DNA of 32,911 nucleotides from an uncultured Chryseobacterium sp. (GTDB lineage: Bacteria; Bacteroidota; Bacteroidia; Palsa-965), in assembly GCA_964495745.1 (NCBI GenBank), contig CAZBYM010000001.1:1-32911 (forward strand), given 5' to 3'. Positions 25,574 through 32,911 of the stretch are shown one piece after another. Position numbers and translations under genes: made by a program. Under the pieces are notes generated by a model. That model saw only the letters and a list, made by a program, of their open reading frames with translations. It made no database searches and had not been told where the DNA came from. The stretch's first letter is position 1; each line of letters starts with the position of its first letter.

Positions 25574-26971
25574 TCATTGGCAGATAGCAGGCAATTCAAT
25601 ATACCGCCCACGCGAAATTCTGAAGTACTGAGAATTAATTTCGCTGTCTTTCATAATTTCCCAGCGACGCAACACAAATTCGTCCGCACGCAAACGGTTT
25701 CTGTTATCATTCTCATTCATATCGTCAGGCGTAGCAATTGAAACCTGAATGCCGCTGTTACGATGCATCGAACCGCTGCGCAAAAGCGTTTCCATAGGGA
25801 AGGACCAGTCTGCCCACTTGAAGCACGATTTGTAATCAGCCTCATTCATCACAAATTTACTCCCCGATTTCTTGTGCGCTACGTTAATGAGTTGTTCCAC
25901 CTGTTCCGTCCGGGCCTTGTAATCCATTCCAACATCTGTGAATCTTCCAATGCGCCAGCCAATAATTAGTAGCAGCGAAACGACAATAAAAGATTGACTC
26001 AATTGCATTTCCCGACAAAGTGTAAAGACCAGAGGAATCAGTACGATTGGAATGAGCGGCAAATACATTCGCTCGAAATATGGAGTGAGAATCGGATCGT
26101 TCGTATGCGTGAAATTCACCACGAGAATGTGTCCGATGAAAAATAGTAGCGACACAAGTAATTGAACTTTCATTTTTCTCACAAGAAAAAATAAACTTGT
26201 CCACACTAGAATCAAAATCGGGATTGTGTACCACGTGAAGAAAAATTGGATTAATTCCCAATAGTATGCAGGGCGTAGTAGTTGTCTATAGGATTCGTTC
26301 CAGTCTGCCGTTGCAAGTCCCAATTTTCCGGCTTCGTATTCGGTAAGCATCAATTTCTTCGCAACATACCAGCCAGCAAACAGAAGAACTGAAATTATGA
26401 GGATCTTGATTTCCAACTTGCGTTTTTCCAATGCTGAATAAATCAAAGCGAAAGCAATTGGAATAAACAGCAACGGGTGAGCAAAAAGCGCCGTGACCAA
26501 CACTGCTCCGAAGAAAATCAAATCCCTCAGGTGGGACACTTTTCCCTGCGATAAATGCGAGTACAGCAAAATCACTAACGGAATTCCATACCAGATTTCG
26601 TACATCGGCGTGAACTGAATATGCAGCACGCCGAGTACATGAGTCAGAACAATTGCAATTCCAGCGCGACGATCTTTCAAATAATAAGTCGCATACAGGA
26701 ACAGAATGTAAAACCACAAAACCGCGTTAAGCGAATTGAGAATAAAAATCAGATTTAGTGAACCTCCTAGTTTGACTCCTATCCAAGGAAGAAATTGCGA
26801 GAACGCTAGAATGAACCGCTGATGTTCAATTCTGAAATTTTCAGAATTTGCTACGTGTAATAAATAATGCGCGCCGTCGGCCTGAAATCTTTCTTTCGCA
26901 AAAAGGATTGCGAAAACCGCCATGACAAAAAAGAACCATGTTGTCCACTTTGTGTAGGCGCCTTTCAACAT
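25574..26971 (-). CDS. Polytopic membrane protein with a C-terminal soluble domain (unknown family, GT-C-like topology)
   Basis: 465 aa with about 11 hydrophobic segments, then a ~110-aa hydrophilic tail. It starts 16 nt after the gpsA stop on the same strand. Confidence 0.65.
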   Translation of the reverse strand: MLKGAYTKWTTWFFFVMAVFAILFAKERFQADGAHYLLHVANSENFRIEHQRFILAFSQFLPWIGVKLGGSLNLIFILNSLNAVLWFYILFLYATYYLKDRRAGIAIVLTHVLGVLHIQFTPMYEIWYGIPLVILLYSHLSQGKVSHLRDLIFFGAVLVTALFAHPLLFIPIAFALIYSALEKRKLEIKILIISVLLFAGWYVAKKLMLTEYEAGKLGLATADWNESYRQLLRPAYYWELIQFFFTWYTIPILILVWTSLFFLVRKMKVQLLVSLLFFIGHILVVNFTHTNDPILTPYFERMYLPLIPIVLIPLVFTLCREMQLSQSFIVVSLLLIIGWRIGRFTDVGMDYKARTEQVEQLINVAHKKSGSKFVMNEADYKSCFKWADWSFPMETLLRSGSMHRNSGIQVSIATPDDMNENDNRNRLRADEFVLRRWEIMKDSEINSQYFRISRGRYIELPAICQ

Positions 26972-26987
26972 CTGGTTCTTATAAAAA

Positions 26988-27989
26988 TCAGGAAAGTTTG
27001 TCGGTAAGAATTTTTACTTCGATTGCAGGAGCAATTTTCTCGTAAAGAATGTGGTACACGCAATTTGTGATTGGCATATCAACATTATACTTCTGGTTGA
27101 TTTCCTGTATACACTTAACGGCATAATATCCTTCGGCAATCATGTTCATTTCTAACTGCGCCATCTTCACAGAATATCCTTTTCCAATCATTGCGCCAAA
27201 CATTCTGTTCCGACTGAATTGCGAATACGCTGTCACGAGCAAATCGCCGAGATACGCAGAACTTTTTATGTCGCGATCAATCGGATGAACTGCATCTACG
27301 AATCTGGAAATTTCTTGAATCGCGTTTGAAATCAGAACGGCCTGGAAATTATCTCCATAACCGAGTCCGTGACAAATTCCGCTTGCAATCGCAACAACGT
27401 TTTTCAGAACAGCCGAAAGTTCCGTTCCAAAAATATCGTCAGAAACTGCCACGCGAATAAATCGACAAGCGAGTCGATCAGCAATGTCCTGCGCATATTC
27501 CGGCGTCTGTGACGCAACTGTGAGATAGGACAACTTTTCCAATGCAACTTCTTCCGCATGACACGGTCCGGTAATAACTCCGATGTGCGAATAAGCAACT
27601 TCAAATTCCTGATTGAAATAATCGCCAATGATCAGATTAGGTCCCGGAATAATTCCTTTAATCGCAGAGAAAACGATTTTGTTTTTGAAATTCGCCGCAT
27701 TTAATCCATGAAGTGATTCCGCAAGAAACGCAGACGGAACTGCCATGATGAGTAAATCATTCGCCGCAATTACATCGGCAATTGAATTACTGAACTCAAG
27801 TTTGTTCACATCAAACTCAACCGCGCTTAAGTACTTTGGATTGTGTTTGAATTTCTTGATGTAATCAGATTGTTCAGAATTTCGAATCCACCAGGAAATT
27901 TTTTCTCCTTCGGCTAAACCATTGCACAACATCTTCACAAGAGCCGTAGCCCAGCTTCCTCCTCCAATAACCGCGATCTTCTTTTTCAT
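26988..27989 (-). CDS. gpsA: NAD(P)H-dependent glycerol-3-phosphate dehydrogenase
   Basis: Internal ATG (27987-27989) of track ORF 26988..28076 gives MKKKIAVIGGGSWATALV... It carries GpsA blocks LKNVVAIASGI and EGYYAVK. The longer ORF would overlap the upstream gene. Confidence 0.92.
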   Translation of the reverse strand: MKKKIAVIGGGSWATALVKMLCNGLAEGEKISWWIRNSEQSDYIKKFKHNPKYLSAVEFDVNKLEFSNSIADVIAANDLLIMAVPSAFLAESLHGLNAANFKNKIVFSAIKGIIPGPNLIIGDYFNQEFEVAYSHIGVITGPCHAEEVALEKLSYLTVASQTPEYAQDIADRLACRFIRVAVSDDIFGTELSAVLKNVVAIASGICHGLGYGDNFQAVLISNAIQEISRFVDAVHPIDRDIKSSAYLGDLLVTAYSQFSRNRMFGAMIGKGYSVKMAQLEMNMIAEGYYAVKCIQEINQKYNVDMPITNCVYHILYEKIAPAIEVKILTDKLS

Positions 27990-28008
27990 GGTGTACGAAA
28001 ATACGGGT

Positions 28009-30030
28009 TTATTCGTAATCGGGGCGATTGCCGTAGATGCCCCGGTGACCTTCGCGTGTTGAAAATTCCATCGCATTTATGTCAACTGGCAACATGTTCG
28101 GTGTGAAAATGTAAGCTTTGATAGAATCTGTTGGCAATAAGGGCACTGGAGGTCGCTGCACGAAATATATATGCTGCCATTCCCTGGACGAAGAATCAAT
28201 TTGAGTCTTGGTACTCATTCCGGTCCACAAAATTTGCTTTCCGTTTCGAATAAATTCCACAACAAGCACCGCTTCGCTGTTGGTGTTCTTTAATCGTAAT
28301 CTCGATTGGAAAGCGATTTCATTATCCGGCCCGCTAATAACCGATCCTACACGAGTTGAAAATAGCGGACCATACTGATGCAAACTGTCAAGAATGAAAT
28401 AGTGGACCTTCATCTTCTCATAAACAGGCATCAAACTGTCGTTACAATCGAGTATGTCATATTGAGAATACGGGTTCCCATCGCTCCAGCTTCCTGCGGC
28501 ATTGCTCAAAAAACCATGAGACACATTCGCATAGTCAAACCAAGATGAATGCTTGCTGTTCTTCCAGTTGTACCATGGAGTTTTATTTTTCGCAAACACA
28601 TAAACTGCCGAATTAAACCACTCATGCTTCTCCACTAGACACGGAAATTTCTCTGCTATTATATCCAATGACGCAGGCGACGATTCCCGGGTACTCCATC
28701 CATACACATAGTACTCAGCATTGGATGAAGCCACATCGCTTTTCAATTGCAGAAGCTCGTCATGTTTGTATGTATGAAAAAGTGTGTACCAATAATCATC
28801 AATTGCGTACATCGGCTTTTGATTCAAATAATACAATACAAAATAAGGATCATCGACATTGAACATCACGTCAACATTGCTACGTCCGTACTTTTCTTCC
28901 GCCGCGAAAAATACTTCGACGAGGCCATCAAGTCTTCCGAAATGATTGGTCAAACGAAATGGCTTGTGCACCGTGATATACCACACCATTGGAATAATTA
29001 AGAGAAGTGCGAAACGGTACGACCATTTTGAAATGGCGTCATACGGAAACCACGAGAAAATAAACATCAGCAGAAATGGAAAACTGAAAAGCAAGGTTGA
29101 ATTCTGCAAGACAGGGTTTTTGTAGACAGAATAAAAATAACCGATGAGCATTGGAAATAACCACAGAAGGCAAACGATGATTTGTTTTTTGTCGAGGCGA
29201 CGCTTATTGAAAATGAAACAAGCGATTGCGACAGCGAAAACCAGAATCACCAATCCACGAGATTCATTGAAAACAAAAAACAAATGGTCTTTGAAAAACT
29301 CTGGTGTTGGAATTCCGAGCCAACCGCCAGGCCCGCCGATTCCGCCGATTTCCATTTGAGAAATTGTAAAACTAATGTGGGGAATAAAAAGCAAAACCGC
29401 GGCTCCACAAGCGACAAAATAGTTTGTCCTATTAATTTTCGTTGCGAGAAATATTCCACCAATTCCCAACAACAAAGTGGTAAGCAAACTGAAGTAATGT
29501 GAATACGCTGCGCCAGCGCCTGCCAGTCCGAATCCAATAATGTGCGCCCACTTTACTTTTTCTTCCTGCGAAAAACGGGAAACGAAATATGCTGCGAGCA
29601 TCGTGTAAAATAATCCCGGCGCATAGGGACGTGCGAGTTGCGAATACATTATCGTGAACTGGAGAAATGCCAGTGAACCTGCAACAGCAAGTGCCGCACC
29701 AATTCCAAACCATCTTCTCGTGGTAATTCCGGCGAGCCAGATGGAAGCGGTTCCCATCAACACGAACGGAATCCGAATTGCAAATTCTGAATTGCCAAAA
29801 CATTTTATCCAGAACCAGAGTAATACTTGCGTGAACGCAGGATGTCCATCGGGCTTCACTCCGCCGTTTAGCATTTCGCCAAATGAATTGAATTGCAAGC
29901 GCAGCAATGCACTTACTTCATCTGCTGTGATGGATTCAGTCCCGAGGTGATTGAGGCGCAATAACAAACCAGCGAGTGTAATTCCGCTGAGATAGAAAAG
30001 AAATTTGTAGTTGCTAGTTGAATGTGTCAT
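28009..30030 (-). CDS. GT-C fold glycosyltransferase-like membrane protein (family 39 / ArnT-like)
   Basis: About 12 TM segments in the N-terminal ~420 aa, an (A)DE motif in the first loop (SITADEVSAL), and a large C-terminal soluble domain. Start chosen at ATG 30028-30030 (MTHSTSNYKF..); the track start is a GTG at 30093. Confidence 0.6.
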   Translation of the reverse strand: MTHSTSNYKFLFYLSGITLAGLLLRLNHLGTESITADEVSALLRLQFNSFGEMLNGGVKPDGHPAFTQVLLWFWIKCFGNSEFAIRIPFVLMGTASIWLAGITTRRWFGIGAALAVAGSLAFLQFTIMYSQLARPYAPGLFYTMLAAYFVSRFSQEEKVKWAHIIGFGLAGAGAAYSHYFSLLTTLLLGIGGIFLATKINRTNYFVACGAAVLLFIPHISFTISQMEIGGIGGPGGWLGIPTPEFFKDHLFFVFNESRGLVILVFAVAIACFIFNKRRLDKKQIIVCLLWLFPMLIGYFYSVYKNPVLQNSTLLFSFPFLLMFIFSWFPYDAISKWSYRFALLLIIPMVWYITVHKPFRLTNHFGRLDGLVEVFFAAEEKYGRSNVDVMFNVDDPYFVLYYLNQKPMYAIDDYWYTLFHTYKHDELLQLKSDVASSNAEYYVYGWSTRESSPASLDIIAEKFPCLVEKHEWFNSAVYVFAKNKTPWYNWKNSKHSSWFDYANVSHGFLSNAAGSWSDGNPYSQYDILDCNDSLMPVYEKMKVHYFILDSLHQYGPLFSTRVGSVISGPDNEIAFQSRLRLKNTNSEAVLVVEFIRNGKQILWTGMSTKTQIDSSSREWQHIYFVQRPPVPLLPTDSIKAYIFTPNMLPVDINAMEFSTREGHRGIYGNRPDYE

Positions 30031-30119
30031 TATATAGCAAGTGCTAAAACGTTCGGATGACGTTGTTGTTATAAAATTCAACCCCGTTACCACGACTGAT
30101 TACTGCCACTGACAACCGC

Positions 30120-31634
30120 CTACTGTTTTTCAGGACGCATCTGCGGAAAGAACAACACATCCTGAATAGAAACATTGTTCGTCATCAACATCGCCAAACG
30201 ATCTATTCCGATTCCTATTCCAGCTGTTGGTGGCATTCCGTATTCCAGTGCACGTAGAAAATCGTGATCAATGAACATCGCTTCGTCATCACCACGCTCC
30301 ATCAATTTCACTTGCTCTTCAAAACGTTCGCGTTGATCAATCGGATCATTCAACTCGCTGTACGCATTTGCGATTTCCTTTCCGTTTACCATTAACTCAA
30401 ATCGCTCAACGAGCCCTGGTTTGCTGCGGTGTTTTTTTGTAAGCGGACTCATCTCCACCGGATAATCGGTGATGAAAGTTGGTTGAATATATTTTCCTTC
30501 GCACTTTTCCCCGAACAACTGATCGATCAACTTTCCGCGACCCATTGTTTTGTCGCAAGGAACATGCAATTTCTGACACGCTTCACGAAGCTGATCTTCG
30601 TTCATTTCAGTGACATCGACACCTGTGTGTTCTTTAATTGCATCATACAAAGTCACACGTGCGAAAGGTGCAGAGAAATTTATTTTCTGTTCTCCAACCG
30701 AAACTTCTGTTGTGTCGTGCAGCGCGAGAGCAACTTTCTCCAACATCGTTTCGCACGTCTTCATCATCCACTCGTAATCTTTGTACGCTACATAAAATTC
30801 GAGTACAGTGAATTCAGGATTGTGTGTACGATCCATTCCTTCGTTGCGGAAGTTGCGGGAGAATTCATACACGCCATCAAATCCGCCAACGATAAGTCGC
30901 TTCAAATATAATTCGTTTGCAATTCTCAAATAAAACGGAACATCTAACGCATTGTGATGTGTTGTAAACGGACGTGCTGCCGCTCCGCCGGGAATTGATT
31001 GCAAAACTGGAGTGTCAACTTCCAGCAATCCAAGATCGTTCAAAGATTCGCGAATGGAATTGATCATCTTCGTGCGCTTCACAAACGTATCTTTCACAGA
31101 AGGATTCACTACGAGATCCGCATAACGCTGACGATAACGGAATTCAAGATCCGTTACTTCATCATGCGCTTGTCCCGATTCATCCACTTTCACAATTGGC
31201 AAAGGGCGAAGTGCTTTACTCAACAAGCGCAATGTTGTAACGTGAATTGAAATTTCTCCTACTTGCGTTGTGAAAACGTATCCTTCTACGCCAATGAAAT
31301 CTCCGATGTCTAGCAATTTCTTGAAAACAGAATTATACAAATCTTTGTTTTCCCCAGGACAAATTTCATCGCGATTAACATACAATTGAATACGACCAGT
31401 AGCATCTTGCAATTCTGCGAATGAAGCTTTTCCCATCACACGCACGCCCATGAGTCGACCTGCAATTGCCACTGCCTTGTAACTTGTTTTATCGCGTTCG
31501 TAATTTTCTTTGATATCCTTCGCCGTAACGTTTACCTTAAATTCTTCTGCCGGATACGGTTCAATTCCAAGTTCGCGAAGCTGATCAAGTTTCTGACGAC
31601 GAATAATTTCCTGTTCGGAAAGGTGCTGGCTCAT
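30120..31634 (-). CDS. lysS: Lysine--tRNA ligase (class II)
   Basis: Internal ATG (31632-31634) of track ORF 30120..31778 gives MSQHLSEQEIIRRQKLDQLRELGIEPYP... It has class II motifs (FRNEG, GIGIGIDRLAML) and an OB-fold N-domain. Confidence 0.95.
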   Translation of the reverse strand: MSQHLSEQEIIRRQKLDQLRELGIEPYPAEEFKVNVTAKDIKENYERDKTSYKAVAIAGRLMGVRVMGKASFAELQDATGRIQLYVNRDEICPGENKDLYNSVFKKLLDIGDFIGVEGYVFTTQVGEISIHVTTLRLLSKALRPLPIVKVDESGQAHDEVTDLEFRYRQRYADLVVNPSVKDTFVKRTKMINSIRESLNDLGLLEVDTPVLQSIPGGAAARPFTTHHNALDVPFYLRIANELYLKRLIVGGFDGVYEFSRNFRNEGMDRTHNPEFTVLEFYVAYKDYEWMMKTCETMLEKVALALHDTTEVSVGEQKINFSAPFARVTLYDAIKEHTGVDVTEMNEDQLREACQKLHVPCDKTMGRGKLIDQLFGEKCEGKYIQPTFITDYPVEMSPLTKKHRSKPGLVERFELMVNGKEIANAYSELNDPIDQRERFEEQVKLMERGDDEAMFIDHDFLRALEYGMPPTAGIGIGIDRLAMLMTNNVSIQDVLFFPQMRPEKQ

Positions 31635-31651
31635 AGGTGATTTTTGTTGGG

Positions 31652-31659
31652 CAAATGTA
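31652..31659 (-). promoter_or_regulatory. -7 box TAnnTTTG (tacatttg) upstream of lysS
   Basis: The minus strand reads ccctacatttgccc 17 nt upstream of the lysS ATG, a perfect consensus match. Confidence 0.45.
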
Positions 31660-31669
31660 GGGATAAGAC

Positions 31670-31696
31670 GCGAGAAGCGAGAATCAGCCGCGAGAA
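31670..31696 (-). repeat. Three copies of heptamer ttctcgc (minus-strand reading) over the -35 region of the lysS promoter
   Basis: Plus strand: gcgagaa gcgagaa tcagcc gcgagaa. Minus strand: ttctcgc ggctga ttctcgc ttctcgc, then 10 nt, then tacatttg. Confidence 0.8.
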
Positions 31697-31747
31697 AAAG
31701 GTCAATCGCTGATCTAGAAATATAGATTTGACGTATCTTTCTACAAC

Positions 31748-32164
31748 ATGAAGCACATTGCTTATATAGTAGTTGCAATTCTGTTTTGCAGTTTCATTTA
31801 TTCTACAGATACAGTTGAGTCATCTGATCCTGACTTGTTAATTGGTAAGTGGAAGTATGCGGCAGCTTATTACAATGGCACAATAGACACTGGCCGGGTA
31901 GAATTCAGTGAGTTGTATTATGAGTTCCGGGCGGACAACACTTGCGAACTCAGCTGGAAGAATGCGGTTGATACCACCATTTACCATATGATCGGCACTT
32001 ACAAAATGAATGGGAAACGTGATAAGTTGACCATGTACTATGGTAAGAACAAACCCCATACCGTGCATATCCGAGAGTTAACTGCCACAACATTAGTTTT
32101 TGGCGATCCTGCGAACAAAAAACGCAATTTACCTTCGCTTTATTCGCGTTTCGAAAAAATGTGA
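31748..32164 (+). CDS. Small secreted lipocalin-like protein (hypothetical)
   Basis: 138 aa with a signal peptide and an LIGKWKY..Y..F..D motif, as in bacterial lipocalin-like domains. It is divergent from lysS. Confidence 0.5.
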   Translation: MKHIAYIVVAILFCSFIYSTDTVESSDPDLLIGKWKYAAAYYNGTIDTGRVEFSELYYEFRADNTCELSWKNAVDTTIYHMIGTYKMNGKRDKLTMYYGKNKPHTVHIRELTATTLVFGDPANKKRNLPSLYSRFEKM

Positions 32165-32308
32165 AAGTCGTGTAATGGTATGCGGCATAAAACTTTCAAC
32201 TTCTATAGCAGGATCTATGGAGGCGTCCTTGAAGGTATTGCGCAAGAATAAATCCCAAACAGAACTTCATTTGGGTCGAATTAAGTAATCATAAATGGGC
32301 GTTGAGCT

Positions 32309-32659
32309 TTACCGCACCAACGACGCCAACGGAATATTCAACTTCTCGTGCAGATTCCGCACCATTTCCAACGTTAGTTTTCTCCTTCCTGAAAAAACAT
32401 CACTCACTCGACTCTTATATCCGAGAATTTCGCCAATATCCTTTTTGGTAAGACCTTGCTGTTCCATTCTATACTTGATGGCTTCAATTGGATCAGGAAC
32501 ATCAATTGGGAACATGCGTTCTTCGTAGTCCTCAATCAACAGTGCCAGAAGTTCGGCTTCATCTCCATCCTTAGTTCCCGCTTTTGCGTGAAACACTTTG
32601 GAAAAACGAGCCATATACTTCTTGTATTGTTTTATTGACTTGATCTTTGCGAGTTTCAT
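32309..32659 (-). CDS. higA: HigA-type antitoxin-like XRE-family HTH protein (COG5499-like), with no toxin gene visible
   Basis: 116 aa. The N-terminal helical part (EAELLALLIEDYEE) plus the C-terminal HTH (LTKKDIGEILGYKSRVSDVFSGRRKLTLEMVRNLHEKLNIP) match the HigA layout as I remember it. Confidence 0.65.
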   Translation of the reverse strand: MKLAKIKSIKQYKKYMARFSKVFHAKAGTKDGDEAELLALLIEDYEERMFPIDVPDPIEAIKYRMEQQGLTKKDIGEILGYKSRVSDVFSGRRKLTLEMVRNLHEKLNIPLASLVR

Positions 32660-32692
32660 CGTTGCACTAAATTACGACTTGTTGTTGAAATT

Positions 32693-32902
32693 AACGCCTG
32701 CGGCAGCATGGAATTTTTTGTTCGTCCATTTAGCCCAACGCTCCCGCGTTGGGCTAAATGGGTTTCGCTCCTCCGGAGCTTGGTATATTAGTCAAGCGAG
32801 TTTGGGCATTTCTGAACCTCGTAGAGGTGAAACATTGCTAACCACGGACCTCGTCCGTGGTTAGCAACATCAAACAAAAAATTCCATGCTGCCGCAGGCG
32901 TT
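32693..32902. other. Non-coding nested inverted-repeat element: 30-bp perfect terminal arms enclosing two perfect 15-bp hairpins (retron-like msr/msd ncRNA candidate or MITE)
   Basis: Arms 32693-32722 and 32873-32902 are exact reverse complements. Hairpins lie at 32726-32761 and 32835-32867. The 73-nt centre carries small palindromes. There is no credible ORF. Confidence 0.6.
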
Positions 32903-32911
32903 TTCAAACCT

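Noticed and set aside
26988-28076. Extended 362-aa version of gpsA overlapping the upstream GT-C-like gene by 68 nt.
   Set aside because: The conserved GpsA N-terminus (MKKKIAVIGGGSWATAL) begins at the internal ATG 27987-27989. The extension has no homology features and would overlap the upstream coding sequence.
32598-32864. An 88-aa + strand ORF covering the higA start and most of the inverted-repeat element.
   Set aside because: It overlaps the higA start on the opposite strand and is translated through perfect palindromes. Its hydrophobic/Arg-Gly-rich product has no family features.

Overview
The window looks like Bacteroidota chromosome. Evidence: T9SS parts (PorW/SprE-like lipoprotein, a cargo protein with a Por-type C-terminal sorting domain), perfect TAnnTTTG -7 boxes upstream of several genes, and an atpBEFHAG cluster without atpDC. 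Most of it is housekeeping. Minus strand: a partial ALDH7-type aldehyde dehydrogenase, a secreted hypothetical, rseP, dxr, an M23 peptidase, and a lysS / GT-C-like / gpsA / membrane-protein run. Plus strand: porW/sprE-like gene, bactofilin, AtpZ-like gene, two paralogous secreted proteins, a small membrane protein, atpB-E-F-H-A-G, panE-like reductase, a DUF1801-like gene, two AT-rich hypotheticals, a 917-aa PKD-repeat T9SS cargo and a saccharopine-dehydrogenase-family gene. No rRNA, tRNA or CRISPR array was recognised. Items worth a second look: (1) a 210-bp non-coding element at the right edge (32693-32902) made of three perfect nested inverted repeats, next to a toxin-less HigA-like HTH gene; it is a retron-like msr/msd candidate or a MITE, and the deciding sequence lies beyond the window. 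(2) A lone AAA+/DUF4143 (COG1373-type) ATPase gene bracketed by 42-nt hairpin direct repeats, one of which duplicates the dxr 3' end; it sits between dxr and rseP. (3) The ALDH7-type gene has an apparent 1-nt frameshift near codon 10 and Val where the catalytic Glu of the ELGG motif is expected. (4) Many intergenic spacers are built from 7-nt tandem units. (5) Two paralogous secreted proteins lie between the accessory genes and atpB. (6) A 20-bp inverted repeat lies upstream of the T9SS cargo gene. All functional calls come from reading the translations and remembered family motifs; no searches were run.
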